Shown here in pieces: positions 1 through 14,210 of a stretch of 64,000 bases of DNA. The notes beneath the pieces were generated by a model. That model was not told the DNA's origin. It worked only from the letters and a program-made list of their open reading frames with translations, and did not search any database. How positions within the stretch are numbered: position 1 is the stretch's first letter; the number at the start of each line of letters is the position of its first letter. Location: NCBI RefSeq assembly GCF_009914755.1, contig NC_060925.1. One strand, written 5' to 3'. The stretch comes from the human T2T-CHM13v2.0 reference genome, Homo sapiens. The translations under genes were made by a program, and so were the position numbers.

Positions 1-9
1 GAATTTGGA

Positions 10-3000
10 GGAATTATGGTGGATGGGAGGCAGGACTAGACTGCAGCTCTCATGCAAACAGAGCAGTGTGTGGAAACTCACATCATGAACTTTTGCTCCA
101 GAACTACTGCAGGGATAAACCAGAAAAGCTGAGAGAACTCACAGACCCTATGAAGGAAGTAGATTGCTCCTGCAGGACCCAGGAGACATCTCAAATATTG
201 TGGGTGCCCAAGCTGTGGAAATAGGAAAGAGGAATTGTCCATCCCTGAACACACACCCTCACTGGGGAACCTGAAGGTCTAGATCATGGGAAAAGATTCT
301 GGCCTTACCTGGACCTGAGTCAATTTAGAGAGCCAAGGGAAATACAGGGTTAACGAAGCAGTGGGAAACGTCCTGTGGACTCTCTGGGTCTCCTGGGAAG
401 CCATTTCTGCCTTGTCTCACAGGGGTCCCTAGGGAGGGCTGCCAGAGGAACTGGGAAAGGTTGACAGGGAAAAGACAGTCTCCACCTGAACTTTGTAACA
501 ATTCCACCCAAACACGAAGTCTCTTGGCCTGAGCTTGGGGGAGGGTGTGACTCTGGTGTGCAGACTCCACAGGTGGGGAAGCATGAAAGCCCTGCTTGCT
601 TTTGCACCTGGGAGACTGGTAGCCTGGGCAAATTCTCAGCCCTGCTCATGCACTGCCTGGAAACAGACTTGGTGCTATTGGTGGGGGCACTGTGGGAGTG
701 AGACCGGCCTTTTGCATTGTGTGGGAGCTGGGTGAGGCCTGTGACTGCCGGCTTTTTCCCACTTTTCTGTCAACCTGCATGACAAAGCAAAGGCAGCCAT
801 AGTCATCCTGAAAACATAACTCCTTTGACCTGGGAACCACATCCCCATCCCCCACAGCAGCTGTGGCAAGACCCACCCAAGCGGAGAGTCTGAGCTCAGA
901 CACGCCTAGCTCTGCCCCCACCTGATGGTCCTTCCCTACCCACCCTGGTCGCTGAAGACAAAGGGCATATACTCTTGGGAGTTCTAGGGCCCTACCCACT
1001 GCCTGACCCTCCCTATACTACCACAGCTGATGTTTTCTTGAAAGCACCACCTTCTAGCAGGAGGCCAACCAGCACAAATATAGTGCATTAAACAACAAAA
1101 GCTAAGGACCCTCGTAGAGTTCATTTTGTTCCTGACACCTGCAGATGGTACACATCACAGGACTCTGTGCAGACAACCCCCAGTACCAGCCCAGAGCCTG
1201 GTAGACCTGCTAGGTGACTAGATCCAGAAAAGAGATAACAATCACTACAGCTCAGCTCTCAGAAAGCCACATTCCTAGGAAAGCCAGGAGAGTACTACAT
1301 CAAGGGAACACCTGTGGGACAAAAGAGTCAGAACAGCAGCCTTGAGCCCTAGACCTTCCCTCTGACAGAGCCTACCCAAATGAGAAGGACCCACAAAAAC
1401 AATTCTGGTAACATGACAAAACAAGGTTCTTTAACAGCCCCCTAAAAAAATCACACTAGCTCACCAGCAATGGATCCAAACCAAGAAGAAATCCCTGATT
1501 TACCTGAAAAACAATCCAGAAGGTCAGTTATTAAGCTAATCAAGGAGGCACCAGAGAAAGGTAAAGTCTAATTTAAGGAAATCAAAAAAATGATACAAGA
1601 AATGAGGGAAGAAATCTTCAGTGAAATAGATAGCATAAATTAAAAACAATTAAAACTTCAGGAAATATTGACACTCTTAGAGAAATGCGAAATGTTCTGA
1701 AAAGTCTCAACAATAGAATCGAACAAGCAGGAGAAAGAGCTTCAGAGCTTGAAGACAAGGTTTTTGAATTAACTCAATCCAACAAAGTCAAAGATAAAGG
1801 AATAAGGCAAATGAAAAAAGCTTCCAAGAAGTTTGGGACTATGTTAAATGACCAAACCTAAGAATAACTGGCATTCCTGAGGAAGAAGAGAAATCTAAAA
1901 GTTTGGAAAACATCTTTGGGGGATTAATCAAGGAAAATTTCCCCAGTCTAGCTAGAGATCTAGACATCCAAAAACAAGAGGCTCAAAGAACACCTGGGAA
2001 AATCACTACAAAAAATCATCACCTGGGTACATTGTCATCAGGTTATCTAAAGTTAAGACAAAGGAAATAATATTAAGAGCTGTGAGGCAAAAGCATCAGG
2101 TAACCAAGGAAAACCTATCAGATTAACAGCAGATTTCTCAGCAGAAACCTTACAAGCTAGATTGGGGCCCTATCTTCAGCCTCCTTAAGCAGAACAATTA
2201 TGAGCCAACAATTTTGTATTCAGCAAAACTAAGCTTCATAAATGAAGGAAAGATAACAGTCTTTTTCAGACAAACGAATGCTGAGAGAATTTGCTACTAC
2301 CAATCCATCACTACAAGAACTGCTAAAAGGAGCTCTAAATCTTGAAACAAATTCTGGAAACACATCAAAATAGAACCTCTTTGAAGCATAAATCTCACAG
2401 AACCTACAAAACAAAAATACAATTAAAAAAAAAAAACCTAAGGTATACAGGCAACAAATAGCATGATGAATGGAATAGTACCTCACATCTCAATACTAAC
2501 ACTGAATGTAAATAGCCTAAATGTTCCATTTAAAACATATGGAATGGCAAAATGTATAAGAATTCACCAACCAAACTATCTGCTGCATTCAAGAGACTCA
2601 TCTAACACATAAGGACGCAAATAAACTTAAGGTAAAAGAGTGGAAAAAGACATTCCATGCAAATGGACACCAAAAGCAAGCAGAGGTAGCTATTCTTATA
2701 TCAGACAAAACAAACCTTAAAGCAACAGCAGTTAAAAAGAACAAAGAGGGACATTATATAATGATAAAAGACCTTGTCCAACAGGAAAATATCACAGTCC
2801 TAAATATATATGCACCTAACACTGGAGAACCCAAATTTATAAAACAATTACTACTAGACCTAAGAAATGAGACAGACACCAACACAGTAATAGTGGGGGA
2901 CTTTAATACTGCACTGACAGCACTAAATAGGTCATCAAGACAGAAAGTCAATAAAGAAACAAAGGATTTAAAGTACACCCTGGAACAAATGGACTTAACA

Positions 3001-3582
3001 GATATTTACAGAATATTTTACACAACAACCACAGAATATACATTCTATCATCAGCACAAGGAACTTTCTCCAAGATAGACCATATGATAGGCCACAAAAC
3101 CAGCCTCAATAAATTTTTTAAAAATTGAAACTACATCAAGTACTCTCAGACCATGGTAGAATAAAACTGGAAATCAACTCCAAAGGAACCTTCAAAACCA
3201 TGTAAATACATGGAAATTAAATAACCTGATCTTGAATGATCATTTCATCAACAATGAAATCAAGATGGAAATTTAAAAATTCTTCAAACTGAACATCAAT
3301 AGTGACACAACCTATGTAAACCTCTGGGATACAGCAAAGGTGGTGCTAAGAGGAAAGTTCCTATCCCTAAATGCCTATATTAAAAAGTCTGAAAGAGCAC
3401 AAATAGACAATGTAAGGTCACATCTCAAGGAACTAGAGAAACAAGAACCAACCAAACCCAAATCCACCAGAAAAAAAGAAATAACCAAGATCAGAGCAGA
3501 ACTAAGTGAAATTGAAACAAACAAACAAAATACAAAAGATAAATGAAACAAAAAGCTGATTCTTTGAAAAGATAAAAAACTG
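10..3582 (+). mobile_element. L1PB (L1PB1-like) element, 5' part: 5'UTR, degenerate ORF1 (~1380-2391) and start of ORF2 (~2466 onward)
   Basis: L1PB-type 5' end (atggtggatgggaggcaggactag). ORF1-like start at 1380. ORF2 endonuclease peptides (ITVLNIYAPN, VIVGDFNT) in ORF 2761..3078. Multiple stops and frameshifts. Confidence 0.9.
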
Positions 3583-3641
3583 TCTTAGATAGCTCTTATT
3601 ATTTTGAGATACGTCCCATCAATGCCTAATTTATTAAGAGT

Positions 3642-5953
<2,312 letters not shown>

Positions 5954-6478
5954 CCAAAGGATTATAAATCATGCTGCTATAAAGACACATGCACACATAT
6001 GTTTTTTGCGGCACTATTCACAATAGCAAAGACTTGGAACCAACCCAAATGTCCAACAATGATAGACTGGATTAAGAAAATGTGTCACATATACACCATG
6101 GAATACTATGCAGCCATAAAAAATAATGAGTTCATGTCCTTTGTAGGGACATGGATGAAATTGGAAATCATCATTCTCAGTAAACTGTCGCAAGAACAAA
6201 AAACCAAACACTGCATATTCTCACTCATAGGTGGGAACTGAACAATGAGAACACATGGACACAGGAAGGGGAACATCACACTCTGGGGACTGTTGTGGGG
6301 TGGGGGGAGGGGGGAGGGCTAGCTTTAGGAGATATTCCTAATGCTAAATGATGAGTTAATGGGTGCAGCACACCAGCATGGCACATGTATACATATGTAA
6401 CTAAACTGCACATTGTGCACATGTACCCTAAAACTTAAAGTATAATAATAATAAAATAAAATAAAAGATAAAAAACTG

Positions 6479-9210
6479 ATAGAGCATTACCAAGATTAAT
6501 CAAGAAGAGAGACATTCCAAATACGCTGAATTAGAAACAAAAGGGAAGACATTAAAACTGAAGCCACAGATATACAAAAGATCATTCAAGATTACCATGA
6601 ACACCTATACATGCATAAACTAGAAAACCTGGAGGAGATGAATAAATTCCTGAAATGTTACAACCCTTCTAGCTTAAATCAGGAAGAATTAGATACCCTG
6701 AACAGACCAATAACAAGCAGCAAGTTTGAAATGGTAATAAAAAAATTACCAATAAAAAAAAAGTCCAGGACCAGACAAATTCACAGCTGAATTATGTCAG
6801 ACATTCAAAGAAGAATTCGTCCCAATCCTATTGACACTATTCCGCAAGATAGAGAAAGGGTATCCTCCCCAAATCATTCTATGAAGCCAGTATCACCCTA
6901 ATACCAAAACCAGGAAAGGACAAAACCAAAAAAGAAAACTACGGACCAATATCCCTGATGAACATACATGCAAAAATTCTTTAAAAAATACTAGCTAACT
7001 GAATCCAGCAACATATTAAAAAGGTAAACCACCATGATCAAATGGGTTTCATAACAGGAATGCAGGGATGGTTTAACATATGCAAGTCACTAAATGTGCT
7101 ACACCACATAAAGAGAATTATAAACAAAAATTACATGATCATCTCAATAAATACATAAAAAGCATTTGACAAAATCCAGTGTCTCTTTATGATTAAAATT
7201 TTCAGCAAAATCAGCATACAAGAGACATATCTCAATATAATAAAAGCCATCTATGACAAACCCACAGCCAACATAATACTGAATGGGGAAATGTTGATAG
7301 CATTCCTTCTGAGAACTGAAAGAAGACAAGGATGCCCATTCTCACCACTTCTATTCAGCATAGTACTGGAAGACCTAGCCAAAGCTATTAGACAAGAGGA
7401 AGGAATAAAGGGCATCCAAATCAGTAAAGAGTAAGTCAAACTGTCACTATTTGCTGTTGATTTGATTATATACCTAGAAAACCCTAAAGATTCATTCAAA
7501 AAGCTGCTAGAACTAATAAAAGAATTCAGCAAAGTTTCAGTATACCAAATTAATGTACACAAATCGGTAACTCCTATACATCAACAGCAACAAAGCTGAG
7601 AATCAAATCAAGAACTCAACAGCTTTTACAATAGCTGCAAAAATAAAATAAATACTTAGGAATATACCTAATCAAGGACATGAAAGACCTATGCAAGGAA
7701 AACTACAAAAAACTACTGAAAGAAATCACAGAGGACAGAACGAAATGGAAACTCATCCCATGCTCATGGTTGGGTAGAATCAATATTGTGAAAATGGCCA
7801 TACTGCCAAAAGCAATCTACAAATTCAGGCAATTCTCATCAAAATAACACCATCATTCATCATGGAACTAGAAAAAACAATCCTAAAATGTATATGGAAC
7901 CAAAAAAGAGCCCTCATAGCGAAAGCGAGACTAAGCAAAAAGAACAAATCTGGAGGCATCACAGTGCCTGATTTCAGACTATACTATAAGGCCATAGCCA
8001 CTATAACAGCATGGTACTGGTATAAAAAGAGGCCCATAGACCAATGGAACAGAATAGAGAACCCAGAAATAAAGCCAAATACTTACAGCCAACTGATCTT
8101 TGACAAAGCAAACAAAAACATAAAGTGGGGAAAGAACACCCTATTCAACCAATGGTGCTAGTATAATTGGCAAGCCACGTGTAGGAGAATGAAACTGGAT
8201 CCTCATCTCTCACCTTATATAAAAATCAACTTAAGATGGATTAAGGACTTAAATCTAAGATGTGAAACTATAACAATTCTAGAAGATGACATTGGAAAAA
8301 CCCTTCTAGAGCCTGGCTTAGGCAAGGATTTTATGACCAAGAACCCATAAGCAAATGCAATAAAAACAAGGATAAATAGATGGGACTAGCTGGGACTTAA
8401 TTTAACTGAAGAGCTTTTGCACGGCAAAAGGAACAGTCAGCTGAGTAAACAGACAACCCACAGAGTCGAAGAAATCTTCACAATCTATACATCCAACAAA
8501 GGACTAATATCCAGAATCTACAAGGAACTCTAACAAATCAGCAAGAAAAAAACAATCCCTCAAAAAGGGGGCTAAGGACATGAGTAGACAATTCTCAAAA
8601 GAAGATATACAAATGACCAACAAGCACATAAAAAATGCTCAATATCACTAATGATCAGGGAAATGCAAATTAAAACCACAATGCACTACCAACTTACTCC
8701 TACAAGAATGGCCATAATCCAAAAATAAAAAAATAATGAATATTGTCATGGATGCATTGAAAAGGGAACATTTCTACACTGCTGGTAGGAATGTAAACCA
8801 GTACAACCACTACGGAAAACAGTGTGATGATTCCTTAAAGAACTGTAAGTAGAACTACCATTTGATCCAGCAATCCCACTACTGAGTATCTCCCAGAGGA
8901 AAAAGAGTCATCATATGAAAGACAGTTGTGCATGTATGTTTATAGCAGCACAATTTGCAATTGCAAAACTGTGGAACCAACCAAAATGCCCATCAATCAA
9001 CAAGTGGATAAAGAAACTGTGGTAAATATATATGATGAAATTCTACTGAGTCATAAAAATGAATGAATTAGTGGCATTCACAGCAACCTTGTTGGGATTG
9101 GAGACTACTACTCTAAGTGAAGTAACTCCAGGAATGGAAACCCAAACATTGTATGTTCCAGATACCCCTGTTTCCCTAAAAACGTATGGAAATAAAAAAT
9201 TTCTTAAAAA
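6479..9210 (+). mobile_element. L1PB element, 3' part (rest of ORF2, shortened 3'UTR, A-rich tail)
   Basis: ORF2 resumes right after the TSD, with fragments 7189..7434 and 7862..8161. Ends with L1PB1-type ctgtttccctaaaaacgtatggaaataaaaaa. Confidence 0.9.
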
Positions 9211-9280
9211 ACATACTGTTTTTACCTTTGAATTAAACAAAAGGAAAAAGGTATATAAGGTTTTAAAATGCACACAACGC

Positions 9281-10902
9281 AAGAACAAATTGGGAAGACT
9301 GACACTACCCAACCTCAAAGCTTACTATGAAGCTAAAGTAATCAAGACAGTTTAGTACTGGCTAAAGACTAGACAAATAAATCAATGGGAAAGAATAGAG
9401 TCCAGAAATAGGCCCATATAAATATAGTCAACTGATTTTGACAAAGGAGTAAAGGCAATACAATGGAGCAAAGAGTAATTTTCAACAAATGGTGCTGAAA
9501 CAATTGGACATCCACATGCAGAAAGAAAAAAAAATGAATCTAGACACAGACCTTACACCCTTTACAAAAATTAACTCTAAATGCATCATAGACCTAAATG
9601 TAAAGTATAAAATTATAAAGCTCTCAGAAGACAATGTAGGAGACTTTGATGACGTCAGGTATGGCAATAACTTTTTATATATTGTACCGAAGGCACAATT
9701 CATGAAAGAAATGATTAATAAGCTAGACCTCACTAAAATTAAAAACTTCTGCTCCGCAAAAGACAATGTTAAGAGACTAAGAAGACAAGCCACAGACTGG
9801 AAGGAATATCTGCAAAAGACACATCTGGTAAGACTGTTAACCAAAAAACACAAAAGACTCATTAAATTCAACAATAAGAAAGAAAAGAAACAACACAATT
9901 AAAAATGGGCCAAAGACCTTAAGAGACACCTCATTAAAGAAAATATACAGATGCTAAATAGCATCTCAAAAGATGATTTACACCCCATGTCACCAGGGAA
10001 ATGCAAATTATAACAGCAATAAAATACCACTACACACCTATTCAAATGTCAAAAATATAGAACACTGACAACAACAAAGGCTGGTGAGGATATGGATCAA
10101 CAGGAGCTCTCCTTCATTGCTAGTGGGAATATAAAATGGTACAGCTACTTTGGATAGCGTTCTGGTGGTTTCTAACAAAATTAAGTATACAGTTACTAGA
10201 CAATCAATAATCACACTCCTTAGTACTTGCCCAAAGAAGTTGAAAACTTATGCCTACACAAAAACCTGCACACAAATGTTTATTGAAGCTTTATTTATCA
10301 TTGCCAAAACTTGGAAGCAATCAAAAGGTTTTTAAAAAGGTGAATGGATAAAAAGATGGTATATCCAGACAATGAAATATTATCTGCACTAAAAGAAAAC
10401 AAGTTATCAAGCCATGAAAACACGGAAGAATCTTAAAAGCATATTACTAAGTGAAAAAAGCCAACGTGAAAAGGGTATATATTGTGTAATTCCTACTACA
10501 TGACATTCTGGAAAAGAGAAAATTACGAGACAATAAAAAGATAGTGGTTGTTAGGGGATTGAGGCGGAGAGGGAGAGACAAATAGGCAGAGCACAGAGGA
10601 TTTTTAGGAAAGTGCAACTAATCTGTATGATACTACAACGGTGGAAACATCATGATATATTTGTTCAAACCCATGGAATGTACAATACCAAGAGGGAACT
10701 CTAATGTCAACTACACACTTTGGAAGATAATGATGTGTCAATGTAGGTTCACCAATTGTAACAAACATACCACTCTCATAGGGGATGTTAATAATGTGGA
10801 AGTTGATGAACCTGTAGAGGACAGAAGGTATATGGGAAGTCTCTATACCTACCACTCAATTTTCTGTGACCCTGAAACTTCTCTAAAAATAGTCTATTAA
10901 AA
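9281..10902 (+). mobile_element. L1MC (L1MC1-like) 3' fragment
   Basis: Diverged ORF2 C-terminal peptides (ORF 9489..9902). L1MC-type 3' end (tatatgggaagtctctatacc...ctctaaaaatagtctattaaaaa). Confidence 0.75.
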
Positions 10903-10942
10903 ATGCATGGAATGTAATACCTTATTTATAGATATGCAATGT

Positions 10943-11510
10943 TGTAGTAATCCTTTTTTTTTTATTTTCTATATTTCTGATGCTATGACACAATGGGGGC
11001 TCTGCTGACCCCGAAGAAACTGGCCCTCCTAGGGCTAGCTAGTTGCTAGAGACAGTAAAAGACTTTCCTGTGAGTGTACTTTTCCTTTGCAAACCAACCA
11101 ATCCAGAGCCCAGACCCCCCACCGTCACCTCCTTTATATGGCCCCCATAGGGCTCTTTCACTCAGGGCCACCATTCCCCTGCCCTAATCACCCCAGGGCC
11201 TACCAGACAACTAGAGAAAACCCCTATACCCTTGAGCCAGCTGAAATTATTCAAATTAGTCAATGTTAAACCTATTCACCCTGCCTCACCTGTTTCTTTC
11301 TGCAGAACCCACAATAAAGACTTTGCCCGTGTTTTCCCCTAGCTCTCTCTGACTTCTGACTGACCTTGGTGCTTCCCCTTGTAGCCCCTGCATGGTGAGG
11401 TATAGCCCTCCCCTTGGGAACTGTAATAAACTATCCTTTCAATGGCAGTTGGGTCCTGATCTGTTGGCCTCACCATACCCAAATAATAATAAAACCTACA
11501 TTTTAAAATA
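10943..11510 (+). mobile_element. MER74A-like ERVL solo LTR
   Basis: Colinear with the recalled MER74A consensus: ttgcaaaccaaccaatccagagccc, ccctaatcaccccagggcc, cacaataaag, ataataataaaacctacattttaaaa. Confidence 0.8.
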
Positions 11511-12008
11511 ATTATTTATAAACATAGTATGTTAATGTATTTTTATAATGCATTGGCAGGATTTACACTAAATCTGTCAAATGGCTGACTCCAGGAATGA
11601 GAAGGGTTATGAGACTGGGGAGTTGGGAGATTAGAGGGTCACAACTTTACATGTAGGATTATGCTGTCATAAAACAGGAGACTTGAAGCAAATATAGCAA
11701 AATGTTAAGAACTACTCATTCTGTGTGGTGAGACAGAAGTGCTTATTATATGATTTTAAAATATTTATTTTTGAAAATAAAAATTATTTTTAAAAGAGTA
11801 ATGTTACCTACAACATTCAAAAGATGTGGTAAAGATAATACTAAATAAAGAGCAAAGAGTATTCAGGAGATTCATATACAAGTTAGGATGCAATTTTCAA
11901 AACAAGTTCAGGCAAGAAATGCAGAGAAGAGACACAATAGCAGTAATGGTATTCCAGACACTCCAATTTATTCACAACTTGTTCAACACCCCTTCTCAGC
12001 TGGGTTAG

Positions 12009-12460
12009 TGTATCAGTTATCTGTTACCACAGTAATGCCGTGTAACAGCCATGACAGAAAACACAAAATCCCCCTGGCATATGGCAATAAACTCTTCTTA
12101 CTCACAAGTCTTTAGGTTGACTAAGCATTTTATTGATCGAAGCTGAGCTCATCAAGACTTAGTTATGTGTCTATTGCCAGCTGTAGGGCAATTAAACAGT
12201 CAACCCTGGATGAACTTGCTCACAAGCGTGTGCCATCTTGCTCTATTCCACATGACTGCTCACCAGCAGGCTCATCCAGCCTTATTCTCATGGCAAAGTG
12301 AGAGCAGCAAGAGGCAACAAGAAGAAAAACACAGGGCCTCTAAAGACCTGGGCTCAGAACTGGCACACTGTTGGTTCCACACATGATTTATGCCAAGGCT
12401 AGTATAGACTCAGTGTCTTTAATGGAAGGAGTAAGCAAATCGAGACCATTGCCACCATCA
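12009..12460 (-). mobile_element. MaLR (MLT1-type) LTR relic
   Basis: tgtatcagttatctg is the reverse complement of an MLT1 3' terminus. MLT1 motif ctgggctcagaactggcacactg present. Confidence 0.55.
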
Positions 12461-13499
12461 ATCCCACCTCAGTTGGACAAAAACTATCTTGGCGGATACT
12501 TTTTCCAGTTTACTTACTTCGTTCACTGTGAGAATTAAGAAGCCAGACAGAGCAGGGATTACCTCTATTTAGGGTTTGTTTGTTCGCTTTAAATAGATCC
12601 TTATGTGTTCCTGCTTGAGATCATTCCCTGATATGGGAGCATCCTTATCAGTTGACCTAGACCTTCCTAGAGTATTGTAACCTAAGAAAAGTAAGGCCCA
12701 TATTCTTCAGAAATGCAGTCTGAAAAAAGCTAATGTCTCTGATTATTTACCTAAGAGAGGACAGAATTATATGCTGGGAAGGTTAAAGTCAGTGACAGGC
12801 CACCTTCCGGTCATGATGTCAATTATATTCTTGCCAGAATGCCTGTAAAGCCTTCTCAAAGGAGATCTTGAAAAACAAGGTGAAGAAATAACACATAAGA
12901 CTATATTCCCGTTTTTAGGAAGTCACAATACACCTTAGTTTTATACACTGTTGGTTGGCAGACCAATACCCATTCCCTCTTCCTTTCTTAACTAAAAGAG
13001 CCTTGATTTTGCTTTAGGACAGCAATGCATCAATTAAAAATATTGCTTATTCCAGACTCACTTACAGCTAGTGATAGCTGCATGACCTATTATTTCCTGG
13101 CAGTGAGACATAAGCACAAGTTAACTAAGTGGACAACTGAGAAAAATATATTTCTTTCCAGAAATAAAGGGACATATTTCCTGTTCTCCACTTTCCACCC
13201 TGGACTCTTTCAGGTGTTTCCTGCCTAGAAGTGCAGCAGCCACCGTATGAGCATGAGAAAGAAAGCCCCACACTATGCCAGGGAGGCTGCAGGAGAATTC
13301 AGAAAGGAGACTGCGTACTGGAGGCATCCTGGAACTGACATTCCATTCTGGATGACTGTGTCTGCATTTATTTTTCTACATAAGAAAAATAAAGTCCTAC
13401 TTGTTTTTATCTTTGCAATCAGATCCCTGTCACATGCAGCCAAATGCAAATCTAAATAATTTGTGAGTTCTAAGAATTTCTGCACTGAAAGAAAAACCT

Positions 13500-13590
13500 T
13501 CCTAGCTAGATTTAGTCATTCCACAACATATGTATATTGTACACCATAAATATACACAATTTTATCTATCAATTTAAAAATAATATTAAT
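13500..13590 (+). mobile_element. Short L1MA-type 3'-end fragment
   Basis: agctagatttagtcattccacaac...tgtacaccataaatatacacaatttt followed by an A-rich tail. Confidence 0.5.
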
Positions 13591-14210
13591 AAAATAATAA
13601 AGATGTGAAAGACCTAAATAAATAAGGGGTAAAAAAGCTCAGTCCTTCCCAAACTTATTTGCACACAGCACTTTTTTTAAAAGTAATTTATTTTTACCTT
13701 CTATAGTATATGAACAATGCTTCACAGAATATCTGTTTGGAAAATTCCATTTTCTTTTGTGTTATATAACTTTTACCTTGAATGGCCTGTTTCCTGGTTA
13801 AAGTACTGCATTAATGAAATCAATGTGTGAAACAGATCTTTATATGGACAAATCATCTTGTAACACCAGCTATCTCAGAATAGACATCATTTGCTTATCC
13901 ATGATCCCGTTCATCAAAAAATATTTATTGGTCACCTAATAGGTTCCGAACTTTGCTAGGTCCTGGGGATAGAAAGATAACTTAATCCAGTTCTCAAATC
14001 TTTGTTAGCTTAAGGTTAGTGTGACAAGACAATTATTTATAATGTATCTAAAATTCTCTGTTACCACAATTTAAGGACATTCCAAGCATCCAGGGCACAC
14101 CATCATGATTCTCCTGATTCATGAATATTAACCTAACGCTGTCAGGTTCATGGGGAAAAAAACTGGATACTCAAGAAGGATTTGAGCCAACTATCCAACA
14201 TTTACATATT

